Below are positions 1 to 11,281 of a DNA stretch of 59,686 nt, in pieces; position 1 is the first letter of the stretch; each line of letters opens with the position of its first letter. The stretch covers positions 1 to 59,686 of the forward strand of contig MU271314.1 in NCBI GenBank assembly GCA_021432655.1, in the 5' to 3' direction. This DNA is from Atractiella rhizophila (Eukaryota). The position numbers and the translations under genes are program-made. The notes under the pieces were generated by a model. That model did no database searches and was not told where the DNA came from. It was given only the letters and a program-made list of their open reading frames with translations.

Positions 1-470
1 TCCTCCAAACAATCCAAAACCACACCAAAACACATCGCATTCCTCTGTACTGCTTCCCCATCCACTTCGTCCACCTTCCCAAACAGCGCGACGAGGTACG
101 ATCGCAACTTGGTCCATGGAACCGGCGCTATGAGCGCGAGGAGGAGGTAGAGGGCTGGGAGACGGCGAGGGTAGGATTGGTCTGGTGAGTGATAGTGTAG
201 CAGACGGAGCTTGTCCCGTGAGTGTTGGAGGATGCGGCGACGGTCGAGTTTGGTCATTGAGCGTTTTTCTGAGCAGCAAAGCATTAGCAGCTGGATGGAG
301 GCATACGCAAGCATACAAGCTATGGAGTGAAAGGAAGTGGTTGGAAGTTATAAGCAAAACGCTGTGAAGATGCCTGCAGAAATAAGCGAGGCAAGAGAAA
401 AGCGGCTTGAAGAGGATGTCATTGCTGAAGAGCAAACCCGTATCCACCATTATCAATAAGGAAGGTACTC
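1..470 (-). CDS. Partial multi-exon hypothetical gene running off the left edge
   Basis: Open minus-strand frame 271->1 (..KLDRRRILQHSRDKLRLLHYHSPDQSYPRRLPALYLLLALIAPVPWTKLRSYLVALFGKVDEVDGEAVQRNAMCFGVVLDCLE) preceded by a CTAAT..CAG acceptor. A candidate upstream exon reads NDILFKPLFSCLAYF. Confidence 0.4.
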
Positions 471-1609
471 ACTTAAGGTGCTGCGTTAGAATTCCTTCAA
501 ATGCTTTTCATAAACTTCAAAAGCTGGGATCACTGGAAACTGAAGAAGAGAACAATTTCTGTGCCGCCATAAAGCTGACTTGACTGCCGTAGTGAGATGT
601 TCCCGTAGTTCTTTCTGTAATCATCTTTCCCGTTTGTCCATGGAGAGAGGTTGATGAAAGAGGAAATATGTAGGGTGGTATTAGATCGTGGGAGGAGGTT
701 GTCATCGAGGCGGAACCATTTAGGGAAACATTCTCAGTGAGCTTTTGTTGGGAGCAGGCAGGCTTTGCAGGCAAATGAGCAACACTTTGACTCGGTGCGA
801 TTATCCTTCAAGCAATTAGCTTGAAAGCGAGCTGGGTGTCTCACCGACCATTCTAAAGTAATTCATAACGACTAGAAGAATATGGTCTATTGAATCAATA
901 CGGCAAGATGCTAAGAATTTAGAATTGAAAGGAGACTAAACTAGTGTTATGATATCGAGATCGATATTGTTCGACTTGTCCAGAGTCTTGTGCATGGCAC
1001 TGAATAGTCTCGAATGGGAGATCAAAGCTACACAGTCTCGTCTGCAATCGGTGCGCACTCCATAATGCATTAGGATGTGGTCTTTGCTTCCTATCACCTT
1101 TTTCAGATGCAGTGAGGATAGAGGAAACGAAGTGGCTTCCACGTTGTATGACATATCCGTTTCTTTGAACTGACACGGTAACTTTGTGAAGAGAAAGGCT
1201 TTCAGTTCTCACTCTCAGCTGCTCTCCTACTTCGAAATGTACAAGCTGAAGCTGTGTCAACCCCGGTCTCCTTCGAAAGTTGGATCTGTCACCGTCAAAG
1301 ACAACTAACCATCCCAGTGGACACCGATGAAGTTTGGCATGCCAATTGCTGGGTTTAGAGATTGCGGCATTGTCATGTAGCTTACGGCATAACGTGACAC
1401 TGTGACATGTTATGCGATGTCACATCCGATTCAACAGGCATAGGAGGGATGAGCCACGATGTGCATCTACATATTGGATGACATAACGGATGCTGCGGAA
1501 AGGATTAGGTCTTTAGGAGAAGGAAATCAGTGAGTCTCGCTATAATACTGGATAAGAGCAATGAAAATTTCCCGTGAATTCTTCCCTTTCATTTCCAAAG
1601 CATTGATCC

Positions 1610-3720
1610 CTACTCCTTCCGGAAGCAAATGCAGGGGTTGAGCGAGTGGTGGTCAGATAGAATGGTGAAATGAGGCATTCCTTCAAGGTAATGTCTCCAA
1701 GTCTTGAGAGCATGAACCACGGTGAGTAATTCCTTCTCATGGACCGGATACCTTGTCTCTGCACCATGTAACTTCCTGGATTCAAAGGCAATAGGTTGCC
1801 ATTTACCTGAATCCGGAAACTCTTGCTCAATCACCGCACCAATTGCAAAATCTGAAGCATCGGCCGCTACTCGTGTAGGAAGTGAGGGGTCATATACGCG
1901 AAGAAAGGGGGCGGTGGTGTAGGCTTCTTTGAGAGCAGCGAAGGAGGCTTGTTGATCATTAGACCAATTGTACGGCTCGTCCTTCCTCAAGAGTTTCGTA
2001 AGGGGAGTTGCAATCTTCGAGTAGTTCAAAATAAACCGTCGATAATAGTTTGCGAGTCCAAGGAAGCTTTGAAGCTCCGTTAGGTTCTGAGGAGGCTTCC
2101 ACGCGCGGATAGCATCTAGCTTCTTGGGATCCATAGAAATGCCTTGATCTGAGACAACGTGGCCGAGGAATTCGGTTTTGTTGACCCAGAACTCACACTT
2201 CTTGGGGGAAGCGATGAGTTTGTTGTTCCGAAGTGCCTGGAGAACGAGACGGATATGTTGAGCATGCTCTTCAGCTGTCTTCGAGTAGATGAGGATATCG
2301 TCGAGGTAGACCACAACAAACTGATCGAGGAAAGGTCGAAGGACTTTATTCATCAATGCCTGGAACGTTGCAGGGGCATTTTGGTGAGTCCAAACGGCAT
2401 GACAAGGGATTCATAGAGTCCATAGCGTGTCTTGAAAGCCGTTTTGTGAATCGAATCCGGGTGAATTAGGACCTGATTATAGCCTTTGGTAAGATCGATC
2501 TTGCTAAAGAACTTGGCGCCAACAAGTCGATCAAGGCAATCATCTATTCAAGGGAGAGGAAAGCGATTCTTGATAGTCTGTCGATTCAACGCTCGGAAAT
2601 CATGACAGAGTCGAAGGCTGCCATCCTTCTTTGGGACGAATAAGATAGGTGCACCGTACGGGGAGTCTGAGGGACGAATGCGACCTGCTTCCACCTCTTC
2701 CTCTATCCACGCCTTCAGAGTAGCTAGTTCTGAGGGCGAGTTGCGATAGAGTGGACGGTTAGGCAGAGAAGAACCAGGGATCTCATGAATCTCGTGGTAG
2801 ACGCTTCTGTCGACAACCCCAGTTGGAAGATCTGAGGAGAAGACATCTCGAAATTCATTGAGGACTTCCTTGAGAGCTGCGTTGTCCATTTGGAATACAT
2901 CTGTGATGTGTGGACAAGGAGCTGAGGTGTCTGACTCCTCCAGGCCTTCCAAGGAAGGGCGGACCACAGTGAGGAACATAGGTTGTTTCTTTCTTGCTGC
3001 GCACTTGATGGCAAGCGAACTGATCACTCGAACGTTGGAATGGGACTTGGGTTTGGTTGGATGCGCATCCAGGGATGTTGAGTGACAAGTCGTCCAAAAA
3101 GGGAGCTGCTCGCGAAGTGGAATTCGTAGAGAGGCAAGCCGACACTTGCTTCTTCGAGCAGTGTATCTTCTTCACGGATAGAATGTCCTGCGCACGTTGG
3201 GATTGTGGGCAGCCAAAGTGGACGTCAAAGGAGACACAGGAGTGGGTGGAGAGATGGTGGAAGGCTTGACTGGACAGAAGGCATTGAGCCCCAGCCAGCC
3301 GAGCATCAAAGAGATGTAACTCTTTGACTCGTCCTCCGAAGGTGGAAGTTCGTTGTGGGAAGGGATGAACGAATGGCCAGAAGGGTACTCATTTCTTCCC
3401 GATAACCACGTCTGCATGTGCGATTGGCAGCACTCCAAGCTGAACATCCAAGGACTTGAAGACTCCATCCGTTGAAGGAATATCAACGGTGGCGATAAAG
3501 TGGTGGGTGATAGCGGACCCAGGTTTTTCCCTCGATTCCTTCCGTGTGTAGGATTTCGGGGTAAGGAATGAGAGGGAGGTTGGAACGTTGACAAAAACGA
3601 GGATCTATGAAACCAATTGTGTCGCCTAGACAGCCAGAATCGTGGAAGACTGAGGCTGGATTGCCGTTGAGCGTTCCCCTCACGACAATCTGATCTTCCC
3701 AATCCGTCCCGAACGAATTA
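1610..3720 (-). pseudogene. Retrotransposon pol pseudogene (protease-RT-RNase H), truncated after RNase H
   Basis: ORF pieces 3483..4130, 2548..3027 and 1610..2356 join into one Gypsy pol when stops and frameshifts are bridged. Homology ends at LSDHHSL (~1640). Confidence 0.92.
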
Positions 3721-4856
3721 AGGTGGAGAGAGCGTTGGCGACTCTTCGAGGGACGGTGACATGATGCAGATAGTGCGTTCAAGTCCGAAGAGCTCTGCTC
3801 CACCCCGGACGACTCTAGTTTTTGACTTCGAGCCGCCCTCCTTCTCTTTTCCCTTCTCGTTGTTCTTCCTTGCCGTACACTCCGTGTCTTGCAAGTGCAA
3901 TCCACAGTACAAGCAGAGCTTGTTAACTCTCCTTCGGTCCATCTCTTCAGGAGTGAGTTTCTTGTTTGGACCCAGGGGAAGTGACGGTTTCGAGGAGGCA
4001 GCGGAATTGTTATTGGAGGGGGAACTGGAAGGCTTCTTCGTGGAGTAAGAAGAGGATTTGGAGGCAAGGCTGTCGGGGAGATCGTTGTCCAGCGCGATAG
4101 CGCGTTCCGTGAGATGATCATAGGGAACACTCATGTAGTCGGGTGTCTTGAGGATTTCCACAAGCACCTTCTCCTTCAGATTCTTCAGGAAGAGGTATTT
4201 GCGAAAAAACTCGTGAAAGTTGACGGGGGTGACTTTAGCGAACTGGACATTGAGCTCCGCGACGTATTTGTTGACCGTAGCGTCATTCTTGATGAGGAGC
4301 AATCTATCCATATCAAGATTGAGCTGATTCTTGGACCCGAAAGTCGTGCGCATGAGATCCACGGCTTCGTTGTACGTTTGGAACGGCCATTCTCCCTGCG
4401 CACTCCCATTCTGCTCACTTCGCACAAGAGGCTGATTTTGCGCACTTCGGAGTGGTATTTCTCAGGGTAATAGCGAATAAAGTCCTCGATTTCGTCGAGG
4501 TAGTCCTCAAACTTCTCGTCGAAGTTGGTACCGGTGAAAACTGTTTTCACTTTGTCGAGTACGAAAGGAGCGGCAAAGGGGTAGACGGGTTGAACGAAGG
4601 CTGAGGGAGCCGGCGAAGCGCGAGCAAAGATGGGTTCTGGAGTTTGGAATTCGTCTTCCGCAACGACGGGTTGGTAATGTGCGGGTTCAGGGACTGTGGG
4701 TCTTCCTTCTAGGAACCTGAGCCAGTTTCCGATGAAGCTAGGAATGATCGGCTCTCCAGTTGGGAGAGAAAAAAGCGAATCCAGCCTGGCGCAAAGAAGT
4801 AGACCGTTCGGAGCACGTAACTGCGACAGAAGACCACCCAGAACACACCTAGCCAA
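3718..4856 (-). pseudogene. Retrotransposon gag pseudogene
   Basis: FTGTNFDEKFEDYLDEIEDFIRYY...KISLL / TYNEAVDLMRTTFG...TVNKYVAEL...FLKNLK...KLTPEEMDRRRVNKLCLYCG. Split between ORFs 4185..4856 and 3718..4425. Confidence 0.85.
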
Positions 4857-5280
4857 AGAAGAACGGCTAGGAGGTCACTGGAGCAGTCGACGAGGTCGGC
4901 TAGCTGCTCGCAAAGCAACTCGTAGATGAGTGGAAGGAGCTCGTGCTGAGGTACGGAAGGAAGGGCTGTTTGGGCTGGCATGGGCGTCGTGAACGAGGGA
5001 GGCGGAGCCACTGGCGTGTGGGTTTCGCTGGCGTGTGCTCCGTGGGTCCACGACATGAACGGCGAGCGGAGAGCTTGCATAACTTTCGAAAAAATTGATC
5101 CGTCTCCGATTGAGTCGAGTAGCTCGAATGTGCCCGTGATCGCGTGTGAGGTTGCGCGGAGGCCTCAGTAAGACGAGAACGGGAGATTGGCAACCAATCG
5201 GGTTGTGTGGAAGAGGTCCCAGAGGAAGGGCATCCACTGCGATGAGACGGCGGAGGGTGAGGTCGAAGGCGAGGATGCGA

Positions 5281-5295
5281 ATCCTCTCGCTACCA
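5281..5295 (-). promoter_or_regulatory. Primer-binding site (initiator tRNA-Met type) of the Gypsy element
   Basis: Minus strand TGGTAGCGAGAGGAT resembles the complement of the eukaryotic tRNAi-Met 3' end (TGGTAGCAGAGGAT). It lies 2 nt from a putative LTR end (plus-strand TATAACG at 5298, possibly mutated TGTAACG). Confidence 0.75.
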
Positions 5296-5546
5296 AGTAT
5301 AACGCGATTAAGTGAGAGCTGGCAAGGGTCGTTTAGCGGCGGTGAGTTCGAAATAATGGGTTCTAAAACATGGTTTGCATAGTATAAGAAAAGGAACATA
5401 GAAGCATAAGTGTTGGAGATCCGTGGATGTCACTTGTTTGTTCTATTTGCATTGCGTTCCGGATGCTGTGCCAAACATGTGCACTTCACCGCTAGTCCGG
5501 ACTTATAAGTATGCTTGATGTGTTTTCTTTCCTTTTCTTTTTCCCC

Positions 5547-5683
5547 AATCACATATTCGTTTATACCATTTGCACTCACTAATAAGTGATTGGGGATTGT
5601 TAGGTATGTACGATTATTTATACTGAAATCACATATTCGTTTTTACCATTTGCACTCACTAATAAGTCATTGGGGATTGTTAG
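5547..5683. repeat. Two 57-bp direct repeats, period 80 bp
   Basis: AATCACATATTCGTTT(A/T)TACCATTTGCACTCACTAATAAGT(G/C)ATTGGGGATTGTTAG at 5547-5603 and 5627-5683, 2 mismatches. Confidence 0.95.
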
Positions 5684-6114
5684 TGCAAAGTGGCAGAAAG
5701 TACATTTCTCACTATAAGTAACAATGAAGTATGTGTACCTAAAACACCCAAAGAGTCCGCGAGGGCTAACAGAGAGCGGACAAGGCTGTTGGCACAGCCC
5801 TACGAAAGAGAACGGACATGAATAAGCGAGAAGAGGGTGAAAAGGAAATAACACACCCTCTTTGAGTGTTCTAGAACGATAAAATACCTCGAACTCGGAA
5901 AGGGAGATGAAATGTGACCTTAAACAAGTGCCCGATGAGCAAAGCACAATCAAGGTAGAAATTAACGAGTACTCACCTCACACACAGCACTAGCTATACC
6001 TCAATACAGGCAAGCTCAGAGAAGATGGTGGTTGTGTGTGAGGGAGAGAAACGAGGTCACGGAAGCAAGACTGCGACAAAAGAAAATGACTCATAAAGTA
6101 CGAAGAATGCTCAT

Positions 6115-9057
6115 TTATGTTATTCGTATTACACCTCTTCCCCAATCCCAAACTGGGTGAACCTTTGCAGGATGCATTCGCCATCTGAAAAGCTTTGCTA
6201 CCTTTGCAGCGCCTTGGCCGTTGCCATTGTTCTCGTTTGGTTCAATTCTGCAGGCAAAGATAGAACCGAAGGTTGAAAATGCAGTCTGCATGAGAGCGGA
6301 ATACGCATTCATTGCAGCCTCACTCAAGTCAGCTTGAAAGCGAACTTGGTCATTGATTTTGTCGCTGGCTATTGTAAAGCAACATCGAATTTGCACAGCT
6401 GCGCCAGCTTCCAATAAGAAGGGAAGCAGGCAGTTTGTTCGATTGGATTTACACGATCGATGTGATGGTTAAAACATTGGATAGGAATGAACGCAGGGAT
6501 GAATTGGGCTGCTCAACAGCACACTGCAGACTTGCATCTGAATGATATAACGCTGTAATGAGACTATGAGTTTTGGACCTCTATCGTATGGCTGATCAAA
6601 AGTAGTACGAATGGAAAGAATTTGTACCGCTGCGGTGGACCATGGGTTCGTTTTTTAATAGAACTTGTAGATGAATGAGTTTGTGCAGAATGTTAAGGAG
6701 CCTCGGCGGCTATTTAACCGCATCCATCTTCGATGGGTTTCATTTAGAGTTGTTTTCGCCTATCGAAAAATACGAGTGGAAGGAATGTTAAAGCTAGAGG
6801 ATCTGAACAAAGACATGACTTTTCCTTCACACCGACTTGATCAATTTGGTGCCTAGGACCGCAATCCCTGACCACAGAAGTTCGGGTATTCCTGTTATGC
6901 ATTTTGGGAAGAACGACACACGGTCAATGATCGGCTCCTCTGACCTAGCATTTAATCCAACGTGTCGGGGATGAGCAAATGAGTAACTCCATGTCGGTAT
7001 GAAGTTGAAGTAGAGACCCTACCGAAAGCGATGAGTTCTTTTCATTCATCATGCTGCTTTCCAAGGGCCTCCAGACGCGGTAAAGGGAGTGAACATTGGG
7101 TACCCGCATGACCTTTTTCTTTTCTTCCAATCAGTAATTCCTAGTCCTTATTGGGAATGAATCCGAAGATAGGTGGAAGTGTGAAGTCATGCATGGGCGT
7201 CCGTCCTGATGCCAATGTGAGCGGAGTGAAGAAGAGCGGGGGCATGGAACATGCCCACGACGGCATTCTTTTCGCGGCTCGTCTCGTCATCGGCTATGGT
7301 CTCTTTGGCTTGGCTCCATTGAAAAAGAGGCTGGAATAATGTGAGAACGACTCGAAAAAGGACGGAAAGCTACTGTCTGCTATTTCTCGAGCGTTCACTC
7401 TCTCCTGCTCTAGCGTAGGTTTCTCCTCCTTCCCCATCAGGAGTCCCGTTAGAATTCCTCGGGAATTTGCAGACAGGTGGACCATGTCGCTCATCATTAA
7501 CTTTAAAAGGAGGAGGATAGTGGTAGATGTAACCCATCCTCCAGTCAATCTAATTCCGACAGAGGTCAACTTGCAAAATGGTTTCCGCATCTTCCGTCTT
7601 TGCACTCAGCCTTTCCTTGCTGTCCGCAGTGACTGCAAGCCACGTTGTCAACGTCTACAACTACTGTGGTGAACCCAAACGAGGCCACGTCAAATCGGGT
7701 ACGTAATGTGGGTGGCTCAGAACGGAATTGTAATATCTTCCTAGGTTCTTTCAACCATATAAGCGGTTTGTTGTCTACTAACGGTGGTCGACAAACGGTC
7801 ACCATCGACGAGAGGGCGAGCTCCTTTATTGTCTTTGGAGAAAGCGGAGAATGCCCAGGTAAAGTACCATCCGTCATGACGATCTCTGGACTAAGCCAAG
7901 CTATACAGGGAATGATGGACCTGGATGCACCAGGCTCGAGTGCGATTTCAGCAGTATGCTTTTTCCTCTCTCAAGCGTCTAGTTGTAACCCTGTATTCAA
8001 CAGACCCTAACTTCCAACAAGTATGTCTTCCCGATATGGCTTAACGCCTTACTCACGTCCTTCCCGTTCTTCAGTGCAATCTCTCTCGTGTTGCTGGTTG
8101 GAGCATTCCTCTCGCTTGGTCCTGGAGCAACGGAGGCTGCACTGGCGGGCACTGCCCCAGTCCAAGCTCTGGCCCCGCCGATTGTTGGGTTCCCGGAGTT
8201 GATGATGGACGGTAAGCATCTTCATGGCCTTTCGCACTCATGACTAACCTGCGTTCTGCAATGATAGATCGATCAGGCAGTGCAACACTCCTGGTGTAGG
8301 AATCAATCTCTACCTCTGCGGCGCTTGATAGTTTGTACTTGGGCACGATGACCATGAAGTACTTTGGTACTGATATAATTTCATTTGAAAATGGTCATTG
8401 CTTTTTGAACATCCACCACGGAGACATTTTGAATACCCTTCAAGTTTATTCTGCTTGCTACTCTGCCCCAATCCCAAAGCGAGAGAACTTTTCCAGCATG
8501 GATCCGCCTTCAGGAATGGCTTTGCTTTTGACGAACGAGGTCTGAGGGTTATCGCTTCTCCCCGCAAGACTGACTTTGGGTTCGAGATTGCCCTGATGGC
8601 GGACGCAAATGCAAAGGGAAGCATCCGTGAGGGGAGCTGAGTGTGTCGCTCGCCTCAACAAATGATCATAACCAAAACTAAAACTCACTGTTTTGACGCG
8701 GTATGATCCAAGTGGCAATGTTCGAACGCAAGCCACTCCCCCTGAGATTAGGCAAATGGCTGCTCATAGCGTGTATGAAGTCCGCAGGGATGTTTTTAAG
8801 CGGCATGTCAGCAGCGATTTGCCTTCCTCTCGGGTCAATAGGTTAACATCGAAAGCAAGCGCTCACAGCGGCGGTAATCCCGTGCTGGAGGAAGAGGTAC
8901 ATGATGACATGCCGACTATTTGGGCACTTCGATCCAGTTCCATACGGACCCAAAGAGCAGAGTCGACGAAAGATACCATCGAAAGTTGTATTTCAAGGCC
9001 GGTTAATTGATCGAGGCCGCTACTAAAGGAGAACCTTTGAACAGTGGAAACAGTCAC
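6115..9057 (-). pseudogene. Decayed coding-like region of unknown origin
   Basis: Successive minus-strand protein-like segments interrupted by stops (e.g. GLQLDA*ERKKHTAEIALEPG...VDNVACSHCGQQGKAECKDGRCGNH). No family recognised. Confidence 0.3.
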
Positions 9058-9915
9058 ACTACTTTATTTTCAATACCTCCTTGTTGTCAATTGAATGATC
9101 ATACCGCGGTCTTTCCGGTATCTCCAACAACATATTGGATGAGTGAAGCAAAGGTTCTTGCCTGAAGGTGCCTGAGATGAATCCATCTTCATTTTATGTT
9201 CAACCTGTCAGCTCCTCACGACGGTACGGACATGTTTAGAGAGAAAAAACGGCTTTGCCCACAGGTGAAAAACGTCCGTACAGAAATTTGACTTGACTAA
9301 TCCTTTCAGTCTTCTTCTTCTGAGGGGTCTTGCAAGCGAATATACGAAATATGTAGAAGTGTCATGGGATTGATACAGTTTCGATGCCTATCGAGCATCG
9401 GCCTCGGCTTTCCCCTTGGAATCCTGCAGAAGGAATTGATCGTTATGAACCATCCTTGGTCATAAACAAATGATTCCTGGATCAAGCGAGCAAGGTTAAA
9501 AGAATTGCAGAAGAAGACTCAAAGGGCAAGATCATAAACAGCGAGAATACGACGGCGTTAGTTCAGTTAGCCATCATGTGGTACGGGCAACTGGAAACAG
9601 TACCGTTTTATGAACATGGAAGTTGATTTGGGCTATCACAACCCAATATTGACAACACTATATTTGAGAGGCGGACTGCATAGAAAGGTATTTCATTTGA
9701 AGAGAGGGTCTTGATGACATCTCAATCAGATACAGAGATTCCAACACAACAATCACAATTTCTTATCCAGACACAATCACAGCAACACAATCTCAGCACT
9801 CACAAGCACAGAATGTCCGTCCACACATCCTCCTGCATCAATCCATTCCAACCAACCAGCCTCCAGATCACCTCCACCATCTGTCATCACATAGAACCCA
9901 TTCCATCCAAATCAC

Positions 9916-11007
9916 TTATTCCTCAAAAGGCCAAATCTCATCTTTGGAGAATTCGATACTTTGGATATCTTCTTTACCACCACTTCCGCCTTTCGCGAAC
10001 GGTATGTTATTTCCCAAGACCGACGCCTTGCGAGTGGACACTTTGATGGCTGCTTTGAAGGGACAGGCGCCGTGGATGAGGATGGCGAAGGGGAGTTCAC
10101 TGGGGAAACGGTTCGCTGTTGCTCCGGGCGATGAGTGCGTGGTGCAGAAGAATGGGATGAGAAAGGGAGCATGTGGTGGAGGTGTATGTGGTTAAAGAGA
10201 GAGAAGGGGACCTACGTTTCCTCGCTTTCACCGTCCAAGTCACTTTGTTGCTTCCTAGTCCAATCTATACATAAATGTAAATAAATATATGCTGCAGAGG
10301 TAATGAGGGCAGAAAAATTGGAGAGAAATATATACACCATTGGTCTCGAGTGAAACTATGGTGTCTGGTTTGAAAGTGAAGAAAGCCTGGGGGATATCTT
10401 CGAGGAACTCGTCTGTCAGACCAAGCGCCCTCAATCTACATCACCACCAAATCCATCGTGATTTAGTTTGCCTCGATCGAACCGGGATAGGGATGAGAAC
10501 TATGAGAACACGGACTGTAACCGGTCCCGAATCTCAGATTGTCCACTGGGCTTCATGTACCTTTCTCTCTCATGTCAAAATTATATCTAAGGGTGAGGGG
10601 AGGGAGAAAGAGCGTACATGACCACCGGCTTCGAGGCCAGGTTCACGTTCTGGCTATAAAACGTGACCTCTGCATGGAGGTTTTCAAGTTGAGTTTCATG
10701 CAGGTTTTCAAGTGTAAAGGCGAGACCTAGTATTATCCTCAACACTGGCAATGAAAAATTTCGTGGACGTACCGCTGCAACAGCAATCGGGTGCCGACTC
10801 GGGGAAGAATTGGAATGCCTGTCAGGCGTTCGTCGTGTTGAGAAGACCGTGACGAGATCGCAGAGGGAACAAAAGGTACTTTGTAAACTCGGAGCGTGAT
10901 ATTGCTTTCATCTTCGTCAGCTGAGGTGGGTGTAGAGGAAGGCCTACGAACCGATACTTGTCCTTCCCTACAAAGACCTTAACGCTAGGGTCTTCCATGC
11001 TTGTCAT
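9916..11007 (-). CDS. Hypothetical protein, ~205 aa, 7 exons
   Basis: Six GT-AG introns splice in phase to give MTSMEDPSVKVFVGKDNNITLRVYKAFQFFPESAPDCCCSGLAFTLENLHETQLENLHAEVTFYSQ...LETNGSNKVTWTVKARKPNRFPSELPFAILIHGACPFKAAIKVST...EIWPFEE*, with TAA at 9916-9918. Confidence 0.7.
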
Positions 11008-11203
11008 TTGTCAAAAGCAAGTCAGATTTCTTTCGCTAACTCAGGAAGGCTACGCGTACCTCAGGCCTGGGAATACGGGCTTCCTCGTCTAAGGGTATAA
11101 TATGACTTTCAAGCCTTTAAGTTGCTACTGTCCTTGTTGACCGTACTTAGATCTTGATCTTGACTTGAGATCAACACCTCAGAAGTGTTCAGAGGTGAAG
11201 AGC

Positions 11204-11215
11204 TTAGGGTTAGGG
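11204..11215 (+). promoter_or_regulatory. TTAGGGTTAGGG telomere-like motif in a divergent promoter
   Basis: Exact 2x TTAGGG between the ATGs at 11007 (-) and 11282 (+). Function is inferred only. Confidence 0.4.
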
Positions 11216-11281
11216 CGAGTCGATCCACCAAGATCACAAACACAAAGCTTCACCTGTTTAGAAACATTTAGCAACAGCGTC

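Larger units (their letters stand above)
1635..5360 (-). mobile_element. Degenerate Ty3/Gypsy LTR retrotransposon (gag-PR-RT-RNaseH; integrase and 3' LTR missing)
   Basis: Gag with Zn-knuckle-like CLYCGLHLQDTEC, aspartic protease VFHDSG...DVVIGKK*, RT ([54 protein letters not shown]), RNase H ([21 protein letters not shown]). In-frame TGA at 2548-2550, 2-nt insertion near 2375, and a frameshift in gag near 4420. Confidence 0.95.

Noticed and set aside
517..1260. Short ORFs left of the retroelement
   Set aside because: Stop-interrupted, with no motif or consistent splice model; at best decayed upstream exons.
3718..4130. Programmed gag-pol frameshift
   Set aside because: The protease is in the +1 frame relative to gag, but the element has several decay indels and no clear slippery site, so a programmed shift cannot be told from decay.
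5547..5683. CRISPR-like repeat-spacer-repeat
   Set aside because: Only two long repeats with a 23-nt gap, in a eukaryotic context with no cas genes.
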